A stretch of DNA of 64,000 nucleotides, from assembly GCA_043821645.1 (NCBI GenBank), contig JBDRCO010000042.1:1-64000 (forward strand). Reading direction: 5' to 3'. Within the stretch, counting starts at the first letter, position 1. Each line of letters starts with the position of its first letter. This DNA comes from Pseudomonadota bacterium (GTDB lineage: Bacteria; Myxococcota; JACRCW01; JAFGSX01). The notes under the pieces are model-generated. The model was not told the origin of the DNA. It did not search any database and saw only the letters and a list, made by a program, of their open reading frames with translations. This document shows, piece after piece, positions 15,968-25,072 of the stretch. The position numbers were made by a program, and so were the translations under genes.

Positions 15968-15978
15968 TTGCATTGCAC
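15968..15978. promoter_or_regulatory. Putative PhaR operator upstream of phaR
   Basis: TTGC-ATT-GCAC, matching the TGC-N3-GCA boxes before the phasin. A similar TGC-AAGT-GCAG lies at 15845-15855. Confidence 0.45.
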
Positions 15979-15996
15979 AATCTCGCAGGAGTTCTC

Positions 15997-16803
15997 ATGG
16001 CCAGGATTCAAGTGCAGCAACTGGCGCGTGCCCTGGGGCTGACCACTGCCGAGGCCCTGCGCCAGCTCAAGGAAGCCGGCTTCGCGGTCAAGACAGCCGC
16101 CAGCCGCATCGACGACCGCGCGGCCCGGGCGGCCCTGGATGCGGGTGGTGCCGCGGCCGTGGGGTCGAGGCGGAAGGGACGCGGCCGTGCTGCCGGGGGA
16201 GCCGACGAGGCCCGGGCGCGGCGCGACACGGCCGAGGTGCCGCCGGGGACCGTGGTGATCAAGAAGTACGGCAACCGTCGCCTGTACTCGACGGACGAGA
16301 GCCGGTACCTGACCCTCGAGGAGCTCGAGGGCCTGATCCGCAAGGGACAGAAGGTTCGTGTCGTCGATGCGCAGAATGGCGAGGATCTGACGGGACAGGT
16401 GCTGACCCAGATCATGCTCGAGGGTGGCCGCGCCCGGCGCTTCCCGGTGGCCTTCCTCGAGGAGATGATCCGCCTCAGCGACGACGCGCTGCAGAGCTTC
16501 ATCGGCCGCTACCTGATGACGGGCCTCGACATGTTCATGTCCACCCAGCGCGAGGTCGAGCGCCGCTACCAGCAGGGTCTGGCCGCCCTGACCATGCTGC
16601 CGTTCAATCCCTGGGCCGGGGTCATGCGCGAGTGGATGGGAGGAGGGCCCGCCGATGCTGCCCCGGCGCCTGCAGGCCAGGCCCTGGCGCCCCCCGCCGC
16701 CCCCCAGGAGGACGAGCTGGGCCGCCTGCGCGCCCGTCTCGAGCAGCTCGAACAGCACCTCGGTGATCGATCTCCAGCGCGTAGCAAAAAAATAGAAGAT
16801 TGA
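15997..16803 (+). CDS. phaR: PHA synthesis regulator PhaR with an N-terminal IF2_N-like helix-turn-helix
   Basis: VIKKYGNRRLYSTDESRYLTLEEL..IRKG..V-x-VVDAQNGEDLT..VL-x-QI is the PhaR DNA-binding signature. AGGAG RBS before ATG 15997. Confidence 0.85.
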   Translation: MARIQVQQLARALGLTTAEALRQLKEAGFAVKTAASRIDDRAARAALDAGGAAAVGSRRKGRGRAAGGADEARARRDTAEVPPGTVVIKKYGNRRLYSTDESRYLTLEELEGLIRKGQKVRVVDAQNGEDLTGQVLTQIMLEGGRARRFPVAFLEEMIRLSDDALQSFIGRYLMTGLDMFMSTQREVERRYQQGLAALTMLPFNPWAGVMREWMGGGPADAAPAPAGQALAPPAAPQEDELGRLRARLEQLEQHLGDRSPARSKKIED

Positions 16804-16829
16804 TATTATTCAATAAAACAGATTTGAAT

Positions 16830-16920
16830 GTTGCGTTGCAAAAATTTATTTGACATTCCATTTCGCGGTGCCTAGATTGCGTGGCGTCGGTCGACGACAA
16901 CACGAACGCCGCAACGCAAC
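16830..16920 (+). promoter_or_regulatory. Sigma70-type promoter of the phasin gene flanked by putative PhaR boxes
   Basis: TTGACA (16850-16855), 17 bp spacer, TAGATT (16873-16878). GTTGCGTTGC (16830-16839) and its exact reverse complement GCAACGCAAC (16911-16920) flank it. Confidence 0.7.
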
Positions 16921-16951
16921 AAAAAGGCAACGAGCCACACAGGAGCACGCC

Positions 16952-17269
16952 ATGACCGAGAACACCACCGAGAGCCGCAAGAACCCCTTCAACTTCGTGC
17001 CCGAGATGTTCGGCGAGCTGGGTCTGGACAGCTTCACGGATCGCTTCGCCGCCATGGGCGAGGCGCAGACCCGCCAGGTCAAGCACATGACCGAGCAGAT
17101 GCTGGGCTACGGCCGCCAGCTGGGCGAGCACGTCAACAACCAGATGCAGGTCACGGCCAAGCTGTACAAGGATGGCCTGGACTACAGCATCAACCTCTGG
17201 GACACCTGGAACAAGGTCATCCTCGAGTCCACCGAGCACGCTCTGGACAACATGGTTCCCCGCAAGTGA
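16952..17269 (+). CDS. Phasin-like granule-associated protein
   Basis: 105 aa, amphipathic helical. AGGAG RBS. Sits between phaR and phaC behind putative PhaR boxes. Confidence 0.65.
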   Translation: MTENTTESRKNPFNFVPEMFGELGLDSFTDRFAAMGEAQTRQVKHMTEQMLGYGRQLGEHVNNQMQVTAKLYKDGLDYSINLWDTWNKVILESTEHALDNMVPRK

Positions 17270-17478
17270 CGACGCGACGCCGGGAAGGCGCGCGCTCAAA
17301 CCTCTCCCGGGGTGTTCGGCGCGCTGGTCGCTGACGATGACGCGGCACGGGACAGCAGTCCGACCACTGGTTCACCTCGCACGGTCTCGCACCGGCGAGG
17401 AGAGTGCCCCGCCCCACGCAGCACCGCGCGCCGACGCCCCGGAGTTCCTGACCACGGGGGACGCCGGAGCACCCATCC

Positions 17479-18537
17479 ATGACGCTGGAATACGCCGACG
17501 CCTGGCTCAAGGCCGCTGACCTGTTCTCGCAGGGTCTTCCACTGCGCGATGCGCCGCCGCCCCTGGCGGCGACCCCGGGCACCGAGATCTACCGCCGCAA
17601 CAAGATGCGGGTGCTGCACTACCACCGCAGCACTCCGGCGCTGCACGCCCAGCCCGTGGTGCTGGTGCCCAGCATCATCAACCGGGCCTACATCCTCGAC
17701 CTGACGCCGGGCTTCAGCGTGGCCGAGCACCTGGTCACCCAGGGCTTCGAGGTGTTCATGGTCGACTGGGGCGTGCCCAGCGACGAGGACCGCTTCGTCG
17801 AGTTCGACGACCTGATCGATCCCATGCTCGACCGCGCCGTGCGCGCCGTGCTGCGTCGGACCGGACAGCCCCGCGCGACCCTGGTCGGCTACTGCATGGG
17901 TGGCACCCTGGCCATCATCTACAGCGCGCTGCACCCCGACCGCGTGGGCGGTCTGGTCAACCTGCTGGGACCCGTGGACTTCGCGCTGGCCGGGCTGCTG
18001 AGCGACTGGGTGAACCGCCGCCACTTTGACCCCGACCTGTACATCGAGGCCCATGGCAACATGCCGCCGGTGCTGATGCAGACCGGCTTCCAGATGATGC
18101 GGCCCCTGGCCCAGCTGCAGAAGGCGGTCAAGAACCTCAAGCCCGCGGAGAAGGATCCTGTCGCCGAGCGCTTTTTTGCGGCCCTGGACGCCTGGAGCTG
18201 GGACAACATCCCCTTCCCGGGGCAGGCCTACCGCCGCTACATCCGCGCTCTGTATCAGGACAACGCCCTGGTCGAGGGCAGCCTGACCGTGCGTGGCGAG
18301 CGCGTCGACCTGCACCGCATCGCCTGCCCGGTGCTGACCCTGTGTGCAGACAAGGACCACATCGTGCCACCGCCCTCGGCCACGGCCCTCGGCGCATTGC
18401 TCGGTGCCGTGACCCACGACGTGGTGTGCGTCCGCGGTGGTCATGTTGCCGCGGTGGTCGGCCCGTCAGGTCAGAAGCAGTTGTGGCCGGCCCTGGTGCA
18501 CTGGATGGCCAGCCTGGCACCGGGAGTCGAGGCATGA
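17479..18537 (+). CDS. phaC: Class III/IV-type PHA synthase PhaC (copy 1)
   Basis: TP..IY, PSIINRAYILDL, DWG-x-P, GYCMGG, catalytic Asp (DKDHIV) and His (GGHV). Confidence 0.85.
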   Translation: MTLEYADAWLKAADLFSQGLPLRDAPPPLAATPGTEIYRRNKMRVLHYHRSTPALHAQPVVLVPSIINRAYILDLTPGFSVAEHLVTQGFEVFMVDWGVPSDEDRFVEFDDLIDPMLDRAVRAVLRRTGQPRATLVGYCMGGTLAIIYSALHPDRVGGLVNLLGPVDFALAGLLSDWVNRRHFDPDLYIEAHGNMPPVLMQTGFQMMRPLAQLQKAVKNLKPAEKDPVAERFFAALDAWSWDNIPFPGQAYRRYIRALYQDNALVEGSLTVRGERVDLHRIACPVLTLCADKDHIVPPPSATALGALLGAVTHDVVCVRGGHVAAVVGPSGQKQLWPALVHWMASLAPGVEA

Positions 18538-19010
18538 TGACCGCCCCCCACCACGATGCCGGAGAGTCGCTGACCATGCCCCTTGCCGTCGAGAACCCGA
18601 GGGATCTGCCCGAGCTGGGCGAGATCGCCGAGCTCAGCCGCACGATCCATGACGCCGACATCCGCGCCTTCGCCGCGCTGTGCGGCGACAGCAACCCGGT
18701 GCACCTCGACGACGAGGTGGCGCGCCGCAGCCGCTTTGGCGGGCGCGTGGCGCATGGCATGCTGGTGGCCAGCCTGATCTCGACGGTGCTGGGCACGCGG
18801 CTCCCTGGACCGGGTGTGATCTACCTGGGGCAGGAGCTGCGCTTTCGCGGTCCGGTGTTCCCGGGCGACACCATCACGGCGCGGGTCGAGGTGATCGAGG
18901 TGCAGTCCGACAAGCGCAAGGTGCGGCTGCGCACCAGCTGCCTCAACCAGGGTGGCGAGACCGTGATCACCGGGGAGGCTCTGGTGCTGGTGGACAAGAC
19001 AGAGGTGTGA
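18534..19010 (+). CDS. phaJ: MaoC-family (R)-specific enoyl-CoA hydratase
   Basis: FAALCGDSNPVHLD, RVAHGML, LPGPG-x-IY-x-x-Q-x-L-x-F-x-x-PV; ATGA overlap with phaC. Confidence 0.85.
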   Translation: MMTAPHHDAGESLTMPLAVENPRDLPELGEIAELSRTIHDADIRAFAALCGDSNPVHLDDEVARRSRFGGRVAHGMLVASLISTVLGTRLPGPGVIYLGQELRFRGPVFPGDTITARVEVIEVQSDKRKVRLRTSCLNQGGETVITGEALVLVDKTEV

Positions 19011-19011
19011 C

Positions 19012-20511
19012 ATGTCGAGCAGCGTCCTCGCCTGGGGCTCCATCGCCCTCTACGTCGCCGTCACCGCGGCGCTCGCCTACCGCGGCTACCGCAAGACCAA
19101 ATCGCTCGAGTCCTATGCCGTGGGCGCGGGGGACATCGCTCCCTGGGTGGTGGGGCTGTCGCTGTCGGCGCAGCTGACCTCGGTGGCGACCTTCGTGGTC
19201 AACCCGGGCCTGGTCTTCGCCTACGGCACTGCGGGCTTCCTGGGCTTCGGCCTCGCCGCGGGGCTTGGCATCATCCTCGGCCTGCTCATCTTCACCCACG
19301 CCTTTCGCCGGGTCGGGCTCAAGGTGGCGGCCCTGAGTGTTCCGGGCTGGATAGGCAAGCGCTACGACAGCAAGGGCCTGCAGGTGTCCTTCGGCGTGGT
19401 GTCCCTGAGCCTGGTCACCTATGCGGTGCTCATCGTGGTGGCCATCGCCCACATGCTGCACCTGCTGCTGGGCGTGGATACCACCTGGATCGCCCTGGCG
19501 GTGATCGTGTTCGTGTTCGGCTACGTCATGCTCGGTGGCGTCAACACCCACGCCTACACCAACGCCATACAGGCCATCATCATGCTGGTGGTGGCGGTGC
19601 TGCTCGTCGGCAGCGGCCTGCCCCTGCTGTGGCAGGGCGAGGGACTCTTCGCGCGCCTGGCGGCCCAGGACCCGGTGCTGGTCGCGGTGACCAACCCGCA
19701 GAGCCTGTACTTCCGTAACCTGTTCGAGGTCTTCGTCTGCAACTTCGTGGTCGGCCTGGCCCTGGTCTGCCAGCCCCACATCCTGAGCAAGGCGCTGTAC
19801 CTCAAGCAGGACCGCGACGTGCGGCGCTTCCTCGCCGTCGGCCTAGGCGCGGGTCTGTTCTTCCTGATGGTGATGTCGGTGGGCTTGTTCGCCCGCCTCG
19901 AGCTGCCCGCCACCGTGGCCATCGACAAGGTGGTGGCGACCTACATCGTCAGCCACTTCACGCCAGGGCTGACGGTGCTCATCTCCATCGGCATCTTGTG
20001 CGCGGGCATCTCCACCCTCGAGGGCATCCTGCTCGGGCTCACCACCATCGTGTCGACGGACCTGTACCTGACCGTGTTCGGGAGCCGTCTGCAGGGGCTC
20101 GACGCCGAGACGCGAGGCCTCAAGGCCCTGCGCGTGGGCCGCTGGTCCTACCTGGTGCTGGGGCTGGTGACCTTCGGCCTGTCGCGCTGGCAGATCGTGG
20201 ATCCGGTCGGCGGCAGCGTGGCCATCTTTGCCCAGTATGGCGTGTACCTGCTGATCACGGCCAGCATCTGGCCTCTGGCCGCGGGCATGTTTCTACCCGG
20301 CGCCCGTCGTCACGCGGTGGTGGCGGGGACCGCGGTGGCCCTGGCGGGCTTTGGCCTGAGCGCCCTGGTGGGCTTCACGGTCATGCACAACAACCCAGCC
20401 TTTTTGGCCACCGTCGGCATCCTGAGCGGCGGCGTGGTGTTTGCGGTGCTGCAGTGGGTGGTGCCGGCGCGCCAGCCCTCGCCAGCACCGGAGCGTGCCG
20501 TTCCGGTGTGA
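19012..20511 (+). CDS. Sodium:solute symporter (SSS family)
   Basis: Many TM helices; SLSAQLTSVATF..PGL, IGKRYDS, LGG..TNAIQ, QPHI, AGIST motifs. Confidence 0.85.
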   Translation: MSSSVLAWGSIALYVAVTAALAYRGYRKTKSLESYAVGAGDIAPWVVGLSLSAQLTSVATFVVNPGLVFAYGTAGFLGFGLAAGLGIILGLLIFTHAFRRVGLKVAALSVPGWIGKRYDSKGLQVSFGVVSLSLVTYAVLIVVAIAHMLHLLLGVDTTWIALAVIVFVFGYVMLGGVNTHAYTNAIQAIIMLVVAVLLVGSGLPLLWQGEGLFARLAAQDPVLVAVTNPQSLYFRNLFEVFVCNFVVGLALVCQPHILSKALYLKQDRDVRRFLAVGLGAGLFFLMVMSVGLFARLELPATVAIDKVVATYIVSHFTPGLTVLISIGILCAGISTLEGILLGLTTIVSTDLYLTVFGSRLQGLDAETRGLKALRVGRWSYLVLGLVTFGLSRWQIVDPVGGSVAIFAQYGVYLLITASIWPLAAGMFLPGARRHAVVAGTAVALAGFGLSALVGFTVMHNNPAFLATVGILSGGVVFAVLQWVVPARQPSPAPERAVPV

Positions 20512-20616
20512 GGTTCCTGTCGTCCCCTGCTTCGCTCGCTGCGGCGGCGGGTGAATTCGACATCGCTCGGGCGTTGACGGAACCTGTCCGCCCACTGCAT
20601 CCTCGTCGACAGTGAG

Positions 20617-21729
20617 GTGCCAGTGACCGATCTTGAACATGCCGTTGGACTGCGCGAAACCTTCCAGCGCCTGCGCAAGGCCCTGGCGGGGCTCGGTCTG
20701 GTCGGACGCGCGGCACAGCTTGCCGTGGGCACGACCCCCCATCGTGAGATCTTTCGAGAGAACAAGACGCGCCTGCTGCGCTACGACCTGGGCGCTGCGC
20801 CCTCGACGCTGCCGCCGCTGGTGATGGTGCCCTCGCTCATCAACCGCCATTACATCTTTGATCTGATGCCCCGCAAGAGCATCGTCGAGTTCTTTGCCTG
20901 CCGCGGCGTGGCCGCCTACAGCGTCGACTGGGGTGCGCCCTCCGACGAGGACCGCTACCTGAGTCTCGAGCGCTACGTGGCCAGCTACCTGCACCGCGCC
21001 GTGCGCGCCGCCTGCCGGGACAGCGGGCAGGATCGGGTGGTGCTCGTCGGCTACTGCCTGGGTGGATCGCTGGCCGCCGCCTATGCGGCCCTGCACCCGG
21101 AGCGTGTGCAGGCTTTCGTGGCCTTGACCACACCCATCGATTTCACCGACAACGGCCTGCTGGGCACCTGGTCGCGTTCCGCGTCCTTTGATCTCGAGGC
21201 ACTCATCGAGGCCACGGGCAACGTTCCCTGGGCCCTGCTGCAGTCATCGTTCACCCTGCTGCGACCGACGCTGTCGGTGAGCAAGGCCCGGGGCATCCTC
21301 GAAAAGTTCTGGGACAACGAGTTTCTCGACGGTGTGCTCGCCCTGGAGACCTGGGGCAACGACAACGTGTCCTTCGCTGGACAGTGCTACCGCCAGGTGA
21401 TCGAGACCCTGTATCGGGACAACGCCCTGGTGCGGGGCACGCTCCACCTCGGTGGACGCCTGGTGGACCTGCGCCGCATCACCTGCCCGGTGCTCAACGT
21501 CCAGGCGAGCTTTGACAACATCGTGCCCCTCGCCGCCTCGCATGCCCTGGTCGAACAGGTCGGCAGTGACGACGTCACCGAGTGGACCGTGCCGGGTGGC
21601 CACATCGGCGCCGTGGTGAGCAAGAAGGCCATGGCGCAGGTCTGGCCTGCGGTGCTGGAGTGGCTGGGTGCGCACGCATATGCGCGTCCCGCCGACGACG
21701 GAGCGTCGACGCACACTCCTGGACGATGA
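20617..21729 (+). CDS. phaC: Class III/IV-type PHA synthase PhaC (copy 2)
   Basis: GTTP, PSLINRHYIFDL, DWGAP, GYCLGG, FDNIV, GGHIG. Confidence 0.85.
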   Translation: MPVTDLEHAVGLRETFQRLRKALAGLGLVGRAAQLAVGTTPHREIFRENKTRLLRYDLGAAPSTLPPLVMVPSLINRHYIFDLMPRKSIVEFFACRGVAAYSVDWGAPSDEDRYLSLERYVASYLHRAVRAACRDSGQDRVVLVGYCLGGSLAAAYAALHPERVQAFVALTTPIDFTDNGLLGTWSRSASFDLEALIEATGNVPWALLQSSFTLLRPTLSVSKARGILEKFWDNEFLDGVLALETWGNDNVSFAGQCYRQVIETLYRDNALVRGTLHLGGRLVDLRRITCPVLNVQASFDNIVPLAASHALVEQVGSDDVTEWTVPGGHIGAVVSKKAMAQVWPAVLEWLGAHAYARPADDGASTHTPGR

Positions 21730-21735
21730 CCCAAA

Positions 21736-22956
21736 TCAGGGCGTGGCGGCGGGCTGCGAGGCGGGCACGCGCGTCGGTGTTGTCGCCGGTGCAGGGGCAG
21801 GCTGCGACGCGGGTGCCTCGACAAAGGGATCCACCACCGGCACCGTGACCACGCGCTCGAAGATCAACTTCTCGGCGTTGTCGTAATACAGCTTGCGCAG
21901 CACCTCGTGGGGCAGGGCGATGCCGTCGACCTTCCAGCGCCCCTGGATGGGCGTGGGGTGGTCCATCTGCTTGAGGTCGGTCTCGAAGTAGCGAAAGTGC
22001 GCCAGGTAGAACTTGACCGCGTCGTCAAAAGTGGGCGGCTTCTCGGACACCGAGCCCAGCTGCATGCCGTAGGGCGAGATCGCCAGGTCGGTGCCGAACA
22101 GGATGCGGTCCTGGTAGCGGACAAAGAAGGCGCGCACCTTGTCCGCGGGGTGGCGGCCGAACTCCGGCACCCGCGCCGAGGTGTCGACGTAGACGTTGGG
22201 AAAGCGATCCAGCACGCTGGCCACGTAGTCGAGATCCTCGGGGTTGTTGGCGAGGTGGATGAGCAGGAAGGTCGTCTTCGGGTGCTTGGCCAGCACCCGG
22301 TCGCGAGCCGCCAGAAGCTCGTCGCGCGTGGGGAAGTCGCCACCGTAGAAGCTCCAGTCCGGGGCTTGTTTGAGCTCGTCGTAGCGCTCGTTCTGGGGCG
22401 TCACCGGCTCGAAGAAGGCCTTGGGGTCACCGGTGTGCAGGGCGACGATCGCGTTGAGCTGGGCAGCCCGCTCGAACAGAGGATCCAGCCGGGGATCATC
22501 GACGGTGAGCAGCCGCCCGTTGTCGTCGCGCACGCCCAGGCCCAGGGCCTTGAAGATCTTGATTCCCTTGGCGCCGACCCGCACCGCGAGCTCCAGGCGC
22601 TCGGCCTCCCGCTCGCCCCAGCCAGGCGAGGTGACCCCGCGCCAGCTCAGGTTGCTGAAGAAGGCAAAGCGATCCCCCAGCCGCTTCTTGATGTGCAAGG
22701 TGGCCTCGAAGGCGCGGGTGCCGGGAGCGCCGCCGTTCTTGTTGCAGAACTTGACCACGCCGACGCGGTCGTGCAGTGCCAGGGTCACGTCGATGGGCCC
22801 GTCCAGCTGGGTGATCAAGGTGTGTGAGTCGATGACCGGGCCGCGGTCGTAGCCGCCATCTGGCAAGGTGTGTGCGGCCGTGCGACGACAGGCGGGCGCT
22901 GCGGCGAGCATCGCCAGCGTCCACACAATCAGCCGCATCCGGCGTGGGGTTGTCAT
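21736..22956 (-). CDS. Amidohydrolase_2-family metal-dependent hydrolase, probable lipoprotein
   Basis: IDSHT, GIKI-x-K, HTGDP, NVYVDTSAR, RILFGTD; signal peptide ending APAC. Confidence 0.85.
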   Translation of the reverse strand: MTTPRRMRLIVWTLAMLAAAPACRRTAAHTLPDGGYDRGPVIDSHTLITQLDGPIDVTLALHDRVGVVKFCNKNGGAPGTRAFEATLHIKKRLGDRFAFFSNLSWRGVTSPGWGEREAERLELAVRVGAKGIKIFKALGLGVRDDNGRLLTVDDPRLDPLFERAAQLNAIVALHTGDPKAFFEPVTPQNERYDELKQAPDWSFYGGDFPTRDELLAARDRVLAKHPKTTFLLIHLANNPEDLDYVASVLDRFPNVYVDTSARVPEFGRHPADKVRAFFVRYQDRILFGTDLAISPYGMQLGSVSEKPPTFDDAVKFYLAHFRYFETDLKQMDHPTPIQGRWKVDGIALPHEVLRKLYYDNAEKLIFERVVTVPVVDPFVEAPASQPAPAPATTPTRVPASQPAATP

Positions 22957-23042
22957 GCCGCCACTGTAGCCCGCGCGCCTGGTTTACACCAAGGCCCTCG
23001 CTGTTGTCCTTCAGGCTGCCGTGGGACACGAGGTCGAGGGCG

Positions 23043-23999
23043 TCACTCGAGGATGTAGGTGACCGGGTTGATCGGCAGGTCGTTCAGGCGCACCTCGTAG
23101 TGCAGGTGCGGGCCGGTGGAGCGTCCGGTGTTGCCCACGGCCGCGATGTGGTCGCCGCGCTTCACCGTGTCGCCGGGCTTGACCAGGATCTCCTTGAGAT
23201 GGGCGTAGAAGGTGCTGATCCCGCGGCCATGGTCGATGACCACGACATTGCCGTAGCCCCCTCGATCGCCGGCGAAAGCCACGGTCCCGGTGGCAGGCGC
23301 CATCACCGGCTTGCCATCGGCGGTGGAGATATCGAGGCCGAGGTGCATGGTTCGCGCACCGGTGTACGGGTCGTCGCGCATGCCAAATTCGCTGGTCAAC
23401 CAGCCGCGCACCGGCCACACCGAGGGGGTGTTGCTGAGCAGGTTCTGCTGATCGTCGAAGTAGCGGCTCAGCTCACCCAGGGTCACTTCCTGGCGCCTGG
23501 TCTCCACCGCAAGCCCGGACAGCCGCGACTCGAGCAGCGCATATTCGAGCTGCTGGCGCGCCGGGTCCTCGTTCACGGGCGGCACCGCGAAGGTCCCTGT
23601 GTCGACGTCGAAGGTACCGCCGATGGCCATGGGCTCGTTGACCGGGCCAATGGCCAGGCCCCGGGCAGGGTCGTTGAGACGCGTGATCTCTCGCAGCTTG
23701 CGCTCGAACAGATCGACCCGGGTCAGGGACTGCCCGATCTGATCGAGGCTCTGGTTGGCGCGCGTCAGGTGATCGCGAAGCTCACTGTTTTCGCGCAGCA
23801 GCACGCGGTTCTGCGCCACCTGGTCGATCACGTAGTAGTAGTGCGCGCCGGCCGCACCAAGCCCGGACAGGCCCAGCAGCAGGGCCATGCCGAACACGGT
23901 CACCAGCCGCCGCGGGACCTGGATGCGACGGACCCGGCTCGAGCGCTCAGGCACGATGAGTAATGTAAAAGACCGATTCGCCAACTCGGATGTCTCCAC
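23043..23999 (-). CDS. M23 family metallopeptidase
   Basis: TM helix, coiled coil, PS-x-WPV-x-G, HLGLD, GRSTGPHLHYEV. Confidence 0.92.
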   Translation of the reverse strand: METSELANRSFTLLIVPERSSRVRRIQVPRRLVTVFGMALLLGLSGLGAAGAHYYYVIDQVAQNRVLLRENSELRDHLTRANQSLDQIGQSLTRVDLFERKLREITRLNDPARGLAIGPVNEPMAIGGTFDVDTGTFAVPPVNEDPARQQLEYALLESRLSGLAVETRRQEVTLGELSRYFDDQQNLLSNTPSVWPVRGWLTSEFGMRDDPYTGARTMHLGLDISTADGKPVMAPATGTVAFAGDRGGYGNVVVIDHGRGISTFYAHLKEILVKPGDTVKRGDHIAAVGNTGRSTGPHLHYEVRLNDLPINPVTYILE

Positions 24000-24027
24000 G
24001 ATCTCAATGGCGCGAAAAAGCGACCAA

Positions 24028-24057
24028 AATCTAGCGATGCCTCGGTGGTGGTGTCAA
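24028..24057 (-). promoter_or_regulatory. Sigma70-type promoter of the M23 peptidase gene
   Basis: On the minus strand: TTGACA, 18 bp spacer, TAGATT (same -10 hexamer as the phasin promoter). Confidence 0.55.
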
Positions 24058-24113
24058 CCGCCTATCTCTACGTATGACAAAGCTGTGCGGGAAAAAAATC
24101 CCACCCGGGTGCT

Positions 24114-24875
24114 CTAGACCTCCTGAACAAATGCCACCACCACGGTGATGTTGTCGTCCCCGCCCCGGTTGTTGGCCAGATCGATGAGCAGCTCGGGCAC
24201 GCGCCTGAAGAAGTTCTCGGTCACGGTCTCCCCGATCTCCAGGTCGTTGACCAGGTTGGCCAGGCCGTCGGAGCACATCAGAAAGGTGTCCCGCTCCTTG
24301 AGCTCCACCGCCAGCAGGTCGACGGGCACGTCCTCCTCGACACCGACCGAGCGCGTGATGATGTTCTTGAAGCGGCTCGAGCGCGCCTGGGCCTCGGTGA
24401 TGATGCCAGCCTTGAGCTGCTCGTTGACCAGCGAGTGATCCTCGCTGAGCTGCAAGATGCGCCCCTCGCGCAGCATGTAGGCGCGACTGTCTCCGACGTG
24501 GGCCACGTAGGCGTGCTCGCCGTGGAACAGCATGGCCGTCGTCGTGGTGCCCATGCCCGCGAACTCGCGGCCGGTCTGCGCCTTCTGGTAGATGTTGCCG
24601 CAGGCGATGCGCACGGCTTCGCTCAGCAGCTTGGGCACGGGAGATTCCTCGATCGGCCCGTCATAGGACGTGCCATCCGCGATGATCTCGCGCTGCTTGT
24701 CGATCTGCTCGTGCACGCTTTGCACGGCGATGCTCGAGGCCATCTCGCCGGCGGCGTGACCGCCCATGCCGTCCGCGACGATGTACAGCTTCAGGTCGTC
24801 ATAGCACCCGAAGTTGTCTTCGTTGTGGTCGCGCTTGCGGCCAACATCGGTCATGCCCCACGACAGGATCTTCAT
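24114..24875 (-). CDS. PP2C/PPM Ser/Thr protein phosphatase (Stp1-like)
   Basis: TDVGRKR-x-x-NED, VADGMGGH, HVGDSRAY, CSDGL, GGDDNIT. Confidence 0.95.
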   Translation of the reverse strand: MKILSWGMTDVGRKRDHNEDNFGCYDDLKLYIVADGMGGHAAGEMASSIAVQSVHEQIDKQREIIADGTSYDGPIEESPVPKLLSEAVRIACGNIYQKAQTGREFAGMGTTTTAMLFHGEHAYVAHVGDSRAYMLREGRILQLSEDHSLVNEQLKAGIITEAQARSSRFKNIITRSVGVEEDVPVDLLAVELKERDTFLMCSDGLANLVNDLEIGETVTENFFRRVPELLIDLANNRGGDDNITVVVAFVQEV

Positions 24876-25072
24876 CGACTGGACCTGTTGCAGCGTTCGC
24901 GTTTGAGCAGTGCGTGGTCGTTCGATGCATCGACGATCACGCGGACATACCGGCTCCTTAGCACTGGTCCGAGGCTTTGAGAAGCTCGCACCTTGACCCA
25001 CGATCCCACACCCTTGACAGGCGGGCCAGGGCGCTGGTGTGGTGGCCCCGTCTCATCGCCCTGGAGCCCGCC

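Noticed and set aside
15997-16150. infB (IF-2) gene or fragment
   Set aside because: Only the small N-terminal subdomain pattern is present, in frame with PhaR; there is no GTPase domain.
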